A stretch of 63,058 nucleotides of DNA, taken from NCBI GenBank assembly GCA_965644295.1, contig CBFFRP010000485.1, positions 1-63,058 on the forward strand, in the 5' to 3' direction. Positions within the stretch are counted from its first letter, which is position 1; every line of letters begins with the position of its first letter. This stretch comes from Paraphysomonas bandaiensis. Lineage: Eukaryota; Protista; Chrysophyceae. The position numbers and the translations under genes are program-made. Shown piece after piece: positions 39,916 through 52,647 of the stretch. The notes under the pieces were generated by a model. The model was not told the DNA's origin, did not search any database, and worked only from the letters and a program-made list of their open reading frames with translations.

Positions 39916-42334
39916 TTGTTAAAAATCTAATTATTAAGAAGCGCAAGCTTGTGCGTTGCCGCGACCAACCTAACAACTCGCGCGACACTAAGCATAACAG
40001 GACTCTAATCTAGTTACTATTGCATGCACCGACAAGTACTCAACTATACGACACGACTTAGTTAGCTACGAGTTGCGTGTTTAAGCCGGATCATACGCTC
40101 CTGCCCAATCTACTTGTCCTAACACAAACAACTTGCGGTCGGCGGTCGGTGTCTTCAGCATATGTCTCCTGTATATGCGGCAGATCTTTAGGGCCCTCTT
40201 CAAGGTGGTGTTCACAGCAGCAGGTAGTCTGGAGGGGAGAGTAGAGTAGCTCTAGCGCCGGGTCCTCCCACAGTCACGAAGCGGTCTCACTGGTGCAATT
40301 TTTCACGCTGACGCATGAAACATATGTCTACCAAAATCTGTTACAAATTCAAGCTGACTCCAATGTCTCCCCTCTATTATGTGCACTCGTTTAGCACAGG
40401 CATCCACCTTGCACTCTTCTCCCGAGTGGCTTACGCTAGTAGGAAACCGCGCACCTTCTCCGCTCGAATAAAAACCTACTAAAGTAAGAAATAACATAAA
40501 AGCACACACAAATGTACCTGACACTGCTTGGAGAACAGTGCCAGAGCCTTGATATAATCTCAAGGACCTGGGTCAGGAGAAACCAAGACTAGGCAGTAGG
40601 CGTGTGAGAAGGCACGACAGATCTAATCACATCATTGCCATAATAGTATGCATCTATATATGAGAAAAGTTTGACGCATTACCTCGGTCATTGGCCACAC
40701 AGATACCGAATAATGTGAACTCATACTCAACACCAATCACTCAAAGCAAACGCAGTGAGCAAGCAGAATGTTGATATACCTGACATCTGCTGACTTCAGG
40801 TTTCTTGAGTTCTTAAGGTGAACTCATCCCGGATGCTTAATTTCAGCAGGCAGCCCAATACCCCGGTTACCCTTAAGGTGAGCCCATTCCAGGATGCCTG
40901 TTTATTCGTCAGGGCCCAAAGAAATATACACAAGTGACACTTATTAGTTTCCCTCTTGTACCACACAAGCAGTAGGCTACGAGTGGGCAGAACAATATCT
41001 GCTGACTATATAATATGCGGCTCACGTCAGTTTCTCGGAGAAATATCTCCGGTACTTATCCCCCAGATCACCACGAATATTGAAAATCTGATTATTAAGA
41101 AGCGCAAGCTTGTGCGTTGCCGCGACCAACCTAACAACTCGCGCGACACTATGCATAACATGACTCTCATCTAGTTACTATTGCATGCACCGACAAGTGC
41201 TCAACTATACAACACGATTTAGTTAGCTACATGGGCATACGACGAGTTGCGTGTTTAAGCCGGATCATACGCTCCTGCCCAATCTACTTGTCCTAACACA
41301 AACAACTTGCGGTCGGTGTCTTCGGCATATGTCTCCTGTATATGCGGCAGATCTTTAGGGCCCTCTTCAAGGTGGTGTTCACAGCAGCAGGTAGTCTGGA
41401 AGGGAGAATAAAGTAGCTCCTATAGCGCCGGGTCCTCCCACGGTCACGAAGCGGTCTCACTGGTGCAATTTTGCACACTACTGACGCATGAAACAGACAT
41501 CTACCAAAATCTGTTACAAATTCAAGCTGACTCCAATGTCTTCCCTCTATTGTGTGCACTCGTCCAGCACATGCATCCACCTTGCACTCTTCTCCCGAGT
41601 GACTTACACTAGTAGGAAACCGTGCACCTTCCCCGCTCGGATGAAAACCTACTAAAAGCAAGAATAACATAAAAGCACCACAAATGTACCTGACACTGCT
41701 TGGAGAACAGTGCCAGAGCCTTGATATAATCTCAATGACCTGGGTCAGGAGAAACCAAGACTAGGCAGTAGACGTGTGAGAAGGCACGACAGGTCTAATC
41801 ACATCATTGCCATTGCCATGCATCCATGAGGAAAGTTTGACGCATTACCTCGGTCATTGGCCACACAGATACCGAATAATGTGAACTCATACTCAGCATC
41901 AATCACTCAAAGCAAACGCAGGGAGCAAGCAGAATGTTGATATACCTGACATCTGCTGACTTCAGGTGTTTTGAGTTCTTAAGGTGAACATCCCGGATGC
42001 TTAACTTCAGCAGGCAGCCCAATACCCCGGTTACCCTTCTGGTGGGCCCTGTCCCGGATGCCCTTGAGGTGGGCCCATTCCCGGATGCCTGTTTATTCGT
42101 CAGGGCCCAAAGACGTCTACACAAGTGACACTTATTAGTGTCCCTTGTACCACACAAGCAGTAGGCTATGAGTGGGCAGAACAATATCTGCTGACTATGT
42201 TTGCGGCTCACGTTAGTTTCCCAGAGAGAATCTCTCCGGTACTTATCCCCCAGAACACCACGAAAAGGTGCGAGTCCGACTTTGTTGAGGGCCAGATCAC
42301 CACGAAAAGGTGTGAGTCCGACTTTGTTGAGGGC
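39916..42334 (-). mobile_element. Two nested copies of about 1.2 kb of an unclassified non-autonomous element: copy B (41078-42292) inserted into the 5' end of copy A (39916-41077 plus 42293-42334)
   Basis: The two copies align along their length; copy B is flanked by CAGATCACCACGAA (41064-41077, 42293-42306); copy A is flanked by AGTGTTCTT (39907-39915, 42335-42343). Confidence 0.88.
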
Positions 42335-44146
42335 AGTGTTCTTATAAATTACGATTGCTATATACTGTATATTTTTTCCTTGAATTGAGGCGTGCTAGGG
42401 ATGTTGAGTTTTGCTTATTTGTTGAGTTTTACTATATGGAAGAAAGCTTTACTTTAAAAGAGTTATAAGTTATTTAAAAACATATTATATTATTATGACC
42501 TTTTCTTGGGAGTGTCTATCTATTATTGTAAATATTGGTTGGTAGAAGTGACAATTTCAATACAGTAAATAAATGCCAAAGACTCAATGGCTGTTATAAA
42601 TGATAATCGCAATATTAATTGAGAGCGTGTTGTACTTCAAGCTCAGTTTTACTTACTTCTAACGTGCAATGTCAAAATATTATAAGGAACTATAATAATA
42701 TATATTAAGAACCCTCAACAACGTTTTCGTAGTCTTAAATATAGTGGGGTATATAGGAGTTAAGATAAATTAGTAGTTCTGATTCTTTAACGCCTATATT
42801 ATTGCTAATAGTAAGACATTCAGTACAAGATTATCAACTGCTTAGCTAACTAGTCATAATTTACTCATCGCGTCATGATTGAATAAGCTACGCATACATC
42901 CAGCCACAACAAGTGTCACACCTAATATAAGTGTTAAGTGCATAAGGAATTATACATTATTAGCGTAACACTGAGAAAAGCCTGAAGTCAGCAAATGTCA
43001 GGTATATAGCAACATTCTGCGTACATACAGCGTTTGCTTATCAGAGTTAAGCACCAGTTAGTTTAATTGTATTGCTACATTAGTTATTAGTTCTGAATTT
43101 TACACGTCTATTGCTAATAATAAGACATTTACTACTTTGAGATAGGCCTCGATATGATGAGCATGATGTGCTCCACTATAAAGAAGTACAGACTACATGA
43201 TGACTTCTGCACCTGCCTGTAATCATGTGGTATTATATCAATTTTTCTTTTTATATTGTTGAGATGACCCACATTATATGATATCAACTACACCACATGA
43301 CCCGACTGAATGCTATATTGATTCACTACACTCCCATCAACAAATCATTTACAATGTTAGATAGTCACGATCTCATACAGCTACTACATTTCAGTTTATA
43401 ATATAGATTTTTCACAGAATTCATAGAACTACTGCATATGTCACTGACAACTATAAACCTAAAAACTGAAACCACAGCGCATGATTAATAATCTTTGAGC
43501 AAACCTCAATATCGATACCTTTAAGAATAGAATTATATAAAATTAATGACATATATATTAATTTTACTTTAAATGCGGTGAGGAAGTGTATCCACGTTGC
43601 AAAAAATACAAATAATTAATAGCTATTGATCCAAAGGAGATTCGTTTTTCTTCCCTTCGCAAAAGCTCTCCTCTTTTCACTGACATGGTTCAGTCTAAAA
43701 ATTAACCCTAATCGAATTTATACGTATATAGCACAGTACTATTCAATCACACATTACACACTAGATCTGTAAAAACCAAATCGCAGTATAATTGGAACTC
43801 TGAATAGTAGCCATGTAATATCCATACATCCAACACCGTTATATTAGCCGACTATAGTGCTGCCTCATCTACTCAATCCTTACTGGGCCCCACTAATGCA
43901 CCATTTTCTCGCCATTTTCTCGCCATTTTCTCACACTGTGGATAGAAGAGATCCAGAACGAGCCGTTGGCAGAGACAGTGGCGGCACAACTGTTGCTTTG
44001 TCCTGTGAGGAAGTTAAGGCGGGGCTGCGAATGGCCCCATCGCCGACTAACATTGGTGCTACATGTACAGGAATGGAAACGATGGTCAAAGATAGGGGAT
44101 CAAGAGAAACAATCTGGCATTGAAGTTCCTCCTCCTCTGCATGATA

Positions 44147-44182
44147 CTCTAACCCTAACCCTAACTCTAACTCTAACCCTAA
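44147..44182. repeat. Interstitial telomere-like repeat (CCCTAA/CTCTAA)x6
   Basis: ctctaa ccctaa ccctaa ctctaa ctctaa ccctaa. Confidence 0.85.
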
Positions 44183-44780
44183 TACTTTTAATGTCCTCGA
44201 CATGTCGTCCATGGAAAGAAGAGCCGTGTGCGCAGGCCACCATAGATTCTGTAAGAACTACAATATAACTCCCGGCTCCTGTGGCAACTCGGCATGCCAT
44301 TCAGGAATACGACTGGAAAGAGGGAGAATTGAGGAGTCTGCGGGTATGATGATTTGCAGGGGTACACTACTGCAAATATTAGTTACAAACATCGCATGTA
44401 CGAGGGTGTGTCGACCTCTTACACTCCTGCTGAGGCCCTCGTAACTTGGGCACCTGTTAATCCAATGACACCACGTCATCGCAGCCACACAGCAACACTC
44501 TACGTGTCCCGGGAACAGTTCGTGCCCTCTTTCATATAGACGATTAAACCTGAAACATTAAACCTGATCGAAATGCTCTCTAGAGTATCGCCGTCTGACT
44601 GTATATACATTCGGATGACAGACATAACCTGCAGGCATCATCCAATACGCAGAACACTAGAAAGAAAATACAACCGTCATTATCACTCACTACCTTCGAA
44701 ATCGATCGGCTATATGAATTATTGCACATGTAGCCAATCCAACCACCTACTCTCTGCTCTCAATCACCATATCCTGTACA

Positions 44781-45677
44781 ACATACACACATACATACAT
44801 ACATACATACATACATACATACATACATACATACATACATACATACATACATACATACATACATACATACATACATACATACATACATACATACATACAT
44901 ACATACATACATACATACGTACATACATAGATGTACATACATACATACATACATACATACATACATACATACATGCATACATACATAGATGTACATACAT
45001 ACATACATACATACATACATACATACATACATACATACATACATACATACATACATACATACATACATACATACATACGTACATACATAGATGTACATAC
45101 ATACATACATACATACATACATACATACATACATACATACATGCATACATACATACATACATACATACATACATACGTACATACATAGATGTACATACAT
45201 ACATACATACATACATACATACATACATACATACATGCATACATACATAGATGTACATACATACATACATACATACATACATACATACATACATACATAC
45301 ATACATACATACATACATACGTACATACATAGATGTACATACATACATACATACATACATACATACATACATACATACATACATACATACATACATACAT
45401 ACATACATACATACATACATACATACATACATACGTACATACATAGATGTACATACATACATACATACATACATACATACATGCATACATACATAGATGT
45501 ACATACATACATACATACATACATACATACATACATACATACATACATACATACATACATACATACATACATACATACATACATACATACATACATACGT
45601 ACATACATAGATGTACATACATACATACATACATACATACATACATACATACATACATACATACATACATACATACA

Positions 45678-45708
<31 letters not shown>

Positions 45709-45740
45709 GCATACATACATACATACACACATACATACAT
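44781..45740. repeat. (CATA)n array of about 960 bp with higher-order variant cassettes
   Basis: Recurrent CGTACATACATAGATGTA and CATGCATACATACATAGATGTA interruptions. Confidence 0.98.
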
Positions 45741-45996
45741 GCATGTGCAACTGCCGCATCATATGAGTATGTGCACTGCACTTAAACAACAGCGCCCCCC
45801 TCCACTCTATCGTATTATTTGTGACAGGGGTCTCACTTAAACTTTGTATGAGTATTTCGTGAAACAGCAGTCGCGATATAGTTTGTGTCGCTGTGTTCCT
45901 GCTACTGTGTCTGTATGTTGCAGTGTGTTGTCGAGTGACTGGTATTCTCATATCACTGTATTCACTGATCTCATAGAAACACTACGTAGCTAAACC

Positions 45997-48900
45997 ATGG
46001 ATCTGGACCGTTTTCGAAAGAAAATGACTACGTCTGATTCTGAAGCCAAGGGCATAATCGGCTCCATACCGGCACTGAGGGATATGTTTGTTAATTTTCC
46101 GGATTATACGGGAGACTTGTTCGGAGACCAGGACAACACTAATGGGATTTTATACTTATCGCGTTTGAATGCTGATGATCATAGACCAGCAAAGAAAGTT
46201 GACACTGGAACAGACGGTGAGATTGACCCGACATTAATTGTTGACAAAGAAGAAACCAAATCCTCCAGCTCCGTCAAGATGACAACATCAACACGGGACA
46301 AGAAAAGACGCTTCGCGATGTCTCTCTCCACTCTCGCTATGAAACCACATAAGAGGCATGTTCTTGTCGAGGAGGGAGCTGTGTCATCATTGATAGATTT
46401 ATCGCAGTTAAGCGACATACCTATTAGAAGGTGACGGCACCAATAAATTTGCTCTGCTGTATAATTGCATGTATGTAGGTGTTGTGCAGCTGCATTTTCA
46501 TCCTTGGCCTCGGAACCATCAATTCGACAGCGGATGATAGAGAATGGAGCATTTGCTGCTATTATAGCTCTCTCTGCTACGTCAAGTAGATCTGTAAAGG
46601 GAGCATGCTGTGCGGCTCTCTGCAATCTGTGTTGTGAAAATGGATACGAGTACAGAGCAGTGAAAGAAGGGGCACCGTACGCCCTGGTTCAGATTGCTGC
46701 GATATGTCCCGAGAACACAATTACTTGTTTGCAGACTCTGCTAAACATATCATGTGTGCAAGACAAGTTTGCTCGTGTGGAAGAGGTTACTGATGCCCTC
46801 CTTCATTTTTTCTCGTTGAAACTTGAGGAGGAAGAACAGATTTTAATCATGTCTGCATTCTGTAATCTGTCAGCGATGCGTAACAACCAGCTCAGATTAG
46901 TGGAGGATGGGATGTTGCGAGTTATTGAGCGAGCTAGCAAAAGTCCATCAGTTACTCTGCGGTCAATATCGAGTCAGATACTTCGCAACCTTACGACTGA
47001 TGCACGTACTAGAAGTAAGTTAATGGATCAATTTGTTCTGATGACATTAGTAAATATGGCCCGGGACGAGATTGATGCCGTGAAGCTGTCATGCGTGCAT
47101 GCTTTCTACAATCTTTCCAAAGATAATGCCTGTCGAGAGAAAATTGTAAGTGGAAATGCAGTTGGCGTAATCATCCGCATGAGCATGGAGAAAATGAGTG
47201 ATGTCGACATGGGTAGAACCGCATCAAAAACTCTTCGTATTCTCTGTGGGGACAAGGTGCTGGCTCACAAACTTGTTGGGGACGGGATTGTGAAGGCACT
47301 CATGTCTCTTATCAAAACTGACGACGGTACCATTAGACAGTATTGTGCTGAGTCGATATGTTCTTTGTTCCAAAATGAGTCCGTATTGAGTCGTTTGATT
47401 GAGCAGGGTGCTGTAAATGTCCTAGTATCTCTTTCACAAAATGATATGGATGTAATCACTGGCGAGTGGTGTGCTTTTGCTCTTTTTCAGCTTTCTACTA
47501 ATGATCTTTGTCCTGTGTACCTGCTTGCCAATGGGATATTACCATGCTTGATAAAACTCTGCAAATCTCCCAGTGAGCGCTCAAAAAAATTTTGTGGAGC
47601 AGCTCTGTGGAGCATAACTATTAAGAAGACAGTAGATGTTTCGAGCGCCATACCTATTCTGGTGCACATGCTGCGGCATGAAACAAATCAATCCATCAAG
47701 GTGGACTGTGCATCTGCATTGTATAATTTGGCTGATAGTGATTCAAACTGTGACCAAATGCTTTCTGCTGGGGCTCTTATTCCAGTAGTGAAATTGACAC
47801 AGGCGGATTATCTCCAGACGAAGATCAAATGTGCTGCAATTCTCTCCAGATTGTCATGTCACGACAAGTATTATAAAGAGTTCGCATCTGATGACGTGTT
47901 AAAAGTACTGCTGGAGTTGAGTTGCTTGGAGCACGCTTTGACGCAACGTCGTGTTGTGATTGCTGTTTCGAATTTGTCTCAATTCGCAGAGTTAAGAATG
48001 ATGCTATTGAACCTCAAAGCAACGACGTACATAATTTCTTTAGCCTCAAAGCCCGATGAGCATATCAGAAGAGGTTGTGCAGCTATTATATGTAACATGT
48101 CATACGAGGAGGGAAGCGAACAAGCAATGTTACGAGATGGGGTTGTGCAAACTCTGTTAATCACAGCCCTAGTTACTTCTGACCAGCTTCAAACGAAGCT
48201 TATATGTGCAAAAGCGTTGGTAAATTTAATGTATGATTCAACTTCTTATGCTACTATGGTAAAAGACGGTGTTATATGGGGCCTTGGAAACTTAACGCTT
48301 CTCGACAACACAGATATATTGAATATGTGTGCAAAGGCTCTGTGTAACTTGTCTTGTCAGTATGCGCGCCAGATGTTGAGCTCGTCTTCAACTGTAAATG
48401 CTATCATGAAGCTTCTCAAACAGGAGGGGAACATTGAATTACAACGCTACAGTGGAAGGATTTTAACTAATATTCTCATGCAAACAACCGATGCTGACGA
48501 GGATTTTCGACGCGAGGCTGTCAATAACATGCTCGTAATGTCGAGCTGTAAGGACAAAGAAGTCAGTGAAATGTGTATATTTTGCCTCTGTCTGGCCTCC
48601 CAATCAGAGTCGTGTCGTGCAAACATTGTGTCATCTGGGATACTCCGATTAATTGATGTCAGCTCTATTTTTAATGACCCTTCCGTTAGTTACGCATACT
48701 TAACTATGTTTGGGAACATTGCTAACAATCCACTCATGCGTACCCAAGTTCTTGATGATCAGTCTGTCAGCAGATTCATGACTATCTGCAACTCGCACGA
48801 CCCTAACTTAGATCTGGCAGTTATTAATGCACTCTATTGTCTGTCTTGTGCCAGTGAAAATATTGTAAAATTGGTAATGCAGAATTCGTTGCGAATAGTT

Positions 48901-50516
48901 GAGACGATATGGGGAACGTCGTACGAAAAGAGTTCTGACCTTATCCATATCCTTATTGCTCTCATGTTCAACTTGACCACAGAAGTTAGTACACAAGGTC
49001 TGCTAGTTTCTCAGGGAATTGTCCGTCTATTTACAGAATTGTGGGAGGTAGCAAAGGAACACAAAGATACACTGCTGTTATCTGTTACTGCTATTTGCCA
49101 TCTGGCTTGCGGAAATGTCAACACCGCACATATGGTTCGAGATGGCTGTACTGAAATATTGTGTTTTTTGTCACAGCATAAAGATGACCCGAAATATTCG
49201 CACTACCACTTCAGTCACGATTTAGTTGAAAGGTGCTCGGCTGCCTTCAGAAACTTGTGTATATCAATTCCCAACCAAGACACCATGGTGAAAGTTGGTG
49301 CGATAGACACGATAGTGAAATTAATAACGTTAAATGGAGAGTCTCTTGATGATGCCGAATTTGCAATGACACGTAAAAATTGCGCATCTGCCTTACGATC
49401 TATGACGTACAACATTGCTATTCGCCAGCAGCTAGTGCAAAGTGGGGCGATCTTAATTATATTGCAGGATCTAACCAGGAATTTTGAGGGCGATGAGCTA
49501 AAGATAGATATTGATTTACTGTGCGAGTTAGAAGCTGAGAGCTGGTGCAATGGCTCACGAGGTCAACAGAAAGAAGCTCGCGCAGCGTGGATAGAGCCCG
49601 CTTCTTTATACACGAATCTCTTGGGTGGAACATCCAATGTCAACCTCAATGTTGATAAAGTTAGTGTGGACCAGAGGAAGTTTTTGGTAAAAGTATATTT
49701 GCAAGAGCCACCGATTGAAACTGTAGGGGCATTGAAAGCTCTTGAAGATGGATTTCACAACTTAGACTCATTTGTCGATGATGAAGTGAGTACTACTATT
49801 CCAATGGTATATGAGAAACAGGAGTGCCATTTCAGCAGTGACCCAAAGAGAGCATCGGCTATTCGTAGAATAACTCTTACGAGCCCAAAGGTACAGGGAT
49901 TAAGACGATTGTTTACATGTCAGTGATGTATTGCAGGCTGAAAACATTGTCTATGATGAAGAGGATGAATCAGACGATGACACCACTGTCCACGAACGTC
50001 GAGCTGAGGCATCAGCACAGTCAACAGAAGAAATTAGATCAACTCTTGCGTCGTGTAGTCGTGAGAGCGAACATGGAAACGTAGCTGAGGAAACTACTAG
50101 TACTTACGGTTCGTAATAGATGTGATGTATATTTTTCTCATGCACATTCCACAGCAGAGAAGTCAACAGTGGTGAGGTTTTTGGACGAGGTCGAGAGTGA
50201 AGGAAGTTTGAGTATCACAGATGGAGGCCGACTGCCATCACTGGCTAAAGACTTGTCAAAGTTTAGAAAAGATTCAAGTGACCATACTGGCGATTCATTT
50301 CAGTCGGGACCTTCATCTCGTAGTGAGTCCTTCGAACATGCTGACCTTGTTGGTACCTTTCCGGTTGTTAAAAAGAAAAAGCCAAAGTTAAGGAAAGCTG
50401 GTTCCAATGAGTTCAAAGGACTGGTCGCCCTGATTAACCACTCGAAGAAAAACAAGGGGGGTAATAATAGCGTTGATGGAGTCCTGAAACGGTGGACTGT
50501 TATATCGAAATATTAG
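45997..50516 (+). CDS. Large armadillo-repeat protein (Vac8-like repeats), 4 exons
   Basis: A 1153-aa open exon of repeating GA(I/V)..L..L / CA.AL.NLS units; GT-AG introns near 46431-46478, 49891-49936 and about 50109-50155. Confidence 0.88.
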
Positions 50517-50769
50517 TAATGTTCCTATGTTTGTTTTCTGCTAGTTACTTGTAAAGCGTGCTCACAGCATACGCATACTATGGTGCTGAACTGTATGAAA
50601 TTCGCTTATGTTCTTGTATCCGTATCAAAGAATCGTATATATCTAATGAATGTGTACAATAGTTATAGTCTGACACCAATCTTCTACTATTAAGTACTAA
50701 GCACATTAAAATACTGCAATTTTGGTTCCAGTTTAGTCGATAAACAATCAAAAGTTTTGTGTAATTTGC

Positions 50770-51257
50770 GATAGTCAATTATAATTGCAATTATTACTTG
50801 CTGTCCGAATTTCAATTATTGTAATTACTTATTACCAAAATTCACTAGCAGCCTATATAGCTACCTCAACTGTCTTCATAATAATATTAATGGTAGTCCG
50901 GTTACCGGCAATTATAATGGCATTAATGACAAATGTCCCGGCGATTATAATACCATTACCATTAACGGTTACCAGGCCCTGCTTCGACGTATGATATACA
51001 AGAACATGAATGAGTTTACGGAATTGTGATTCCTAATATAGTGTTTCACCAATCTTCAATTTTTGTCCTAAAAATTGGATTTTCGCAAATAAAATATCTT
51101 TTTAAACAACTTTTCAGGGTAAAAAGGTGATATATTTCGATCGATTAATATTAATTGAAGCTAGCTGGAGTCACAATTATAATTGCAATTATGATTTGAT
51201 GTCCCAATTTCAATAATTGACAATTAATTGAAATCAATTAATTGCTACGCAGCCCTG
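50770..51257. repeat. AT-rich degenerate repeat ends terminating in GCCCTG (possible hAT-like MITE ends); related sequence at about 1740-1853
   Basis: AATTGCAATT / CAATTAATTG motifs shared; ends caattaattgctacgcagccctg (51257) versus caattaattgttacgcactcctg (1853). Confidence 0.4.
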
Positions 51258-51430
51258 CACAGTAGGCTATTCCTATTGATGACATTGGATATATTATTAT
51301 GATTAGGACTTTCAAGGACGATGACCAGACAAGCAAATGGTTTATATTCATACTATAAGTGTCATATGTAAACAAGAGCAATAAACACCGGTTATTGATA
51401 CATTGCCGTAGTTTTACATAGACAATTACT

Positions 51431-52289
51431 TTAAGAAATTAGCACAGGACCTGCTCTAGATATGCGCTCAATATCAGACTCGAGTTGCTTCAGCTGAGCT
51501 TCCATCTGCTCCTTACGCCGCAGTTGGCCAAGTGTGTCCAGTCGGACAAGGTGGGTGATCTTCTGATACTTCGTATTAACCTCATTCCATTTAAGTTTTA
51601 ATTGATATATAAGTTCCTCTCTTTCTTCCTCAGAGAGTTCTTCATATTTATCAGGCTCCTGGGCAGTAGTGCCCATTTGCTCGTTTATGTACTGATCAAT
51701 CATCTCATTCTCTCTGCGCACTTCTTCTTTAACATGGGTCAAGTACTCTGGAACTTTGCCGTAATCTTCTTTTTCTAGATAATTTAACTCAGGTTGTACT
51801 GTATTCTTCGGCACTGCATGCAACAGGGTATCAAACACATACTTATTTCGAAATAGACTTACCCATCAGAATAGCTTCGACAGCATTCGCCGTGATATAG
51901 TTCTTGTTACTGTTAATTCCCATTACTGGTCTTTCGGATTTGCTTGGAATGGCCGGTTTTTTAGGACCTTCACACTTTCTTTCGCCCGAACTAGAAAGCG
52001 AATTACTTCCAGCTCTCTGTAAGCGTTTCGTCGTAGACTTGTGTGGTGCCAGAGACTTATGAGGGCCGAATAATGCACCTTCACGCTTATCTACAACCCC
52101 AGCTCCAGGCAGTCTTGTCGAACCAAAGCAACCTGCATTAAAATTAAAAAACATTACAGATTAGCGAAAATTCACACCGAATGTAGATCCTGTCAAATTA
52201 GATGCTGGGTCGTGCTGAGAGCGATGCATAGGAGGCTTTGGAGGCTCCACATACTCTCTTGGAACAAGATTGTAAATAGATTCGCTCAT
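51431..52289 (-). CDS. ENKUR: Enkurin (calmodulin-binding ciliary microtubule inner protein), 3 exons
   Basis: MSESIYNLVP...KNYITANAVEAI...YLEKEDYGKVPEYL...LSEEEREELIYQLKLKW...RRKEQMEAQLKQLESDI. Confidence 0.9.
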
Positions 52290-52647
52290 TCTTGACTGTT
52301 GAAGCCTTGTGAGTTCTTACTGCTCTGATATGTGTGTATAAACGGCCACAGGACAACTCTAGACAATGCCTCTTCAGTGTGTTGTAATTGAACTCCTTTC
52401 CAATCAAACGAACGTTTTACAATAAATACTGCAGCTTTCAGTTACATATCATATAAGAATCTTGAAGCGCCGTTTTCAGTTTGTGGTTTTATTGGAGTAA
52501 TTTTTTTTTGAGGAGTGGACTACTGGCTGTACAAACACAAAACCATTTCATGTGAGGTGCACAGCAATAGAAGTCACTGCCGAGCTCTTCTATAGCATAT
52601 AACTATCAAGTTGAAAAGTTGTCAGGCTGCTCTCGATTGTGAATTCA

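Noticed and set aside
42160-42290. Hammerhead ribozyme on the plus strand (CTATGA-GTGG...CCAC-GAAA)
   Set aside because: The core lacks the invariant G of CUGANGA in all copies and stem III is inconsistent
42335-42342. AGAACAC as ribozyme P1 pairing with GTGTTCT
   Set aside because: This sequence is part of copy A's target-site duplication, not of the element
42402-42720. Solo copia LTR (TGTTGAGTTTTGC...CTCAACA)
   Set aside because: No matching TSD, little internal similarity to the 56788 LTR, and the right end resembles a decayed start of the other element family
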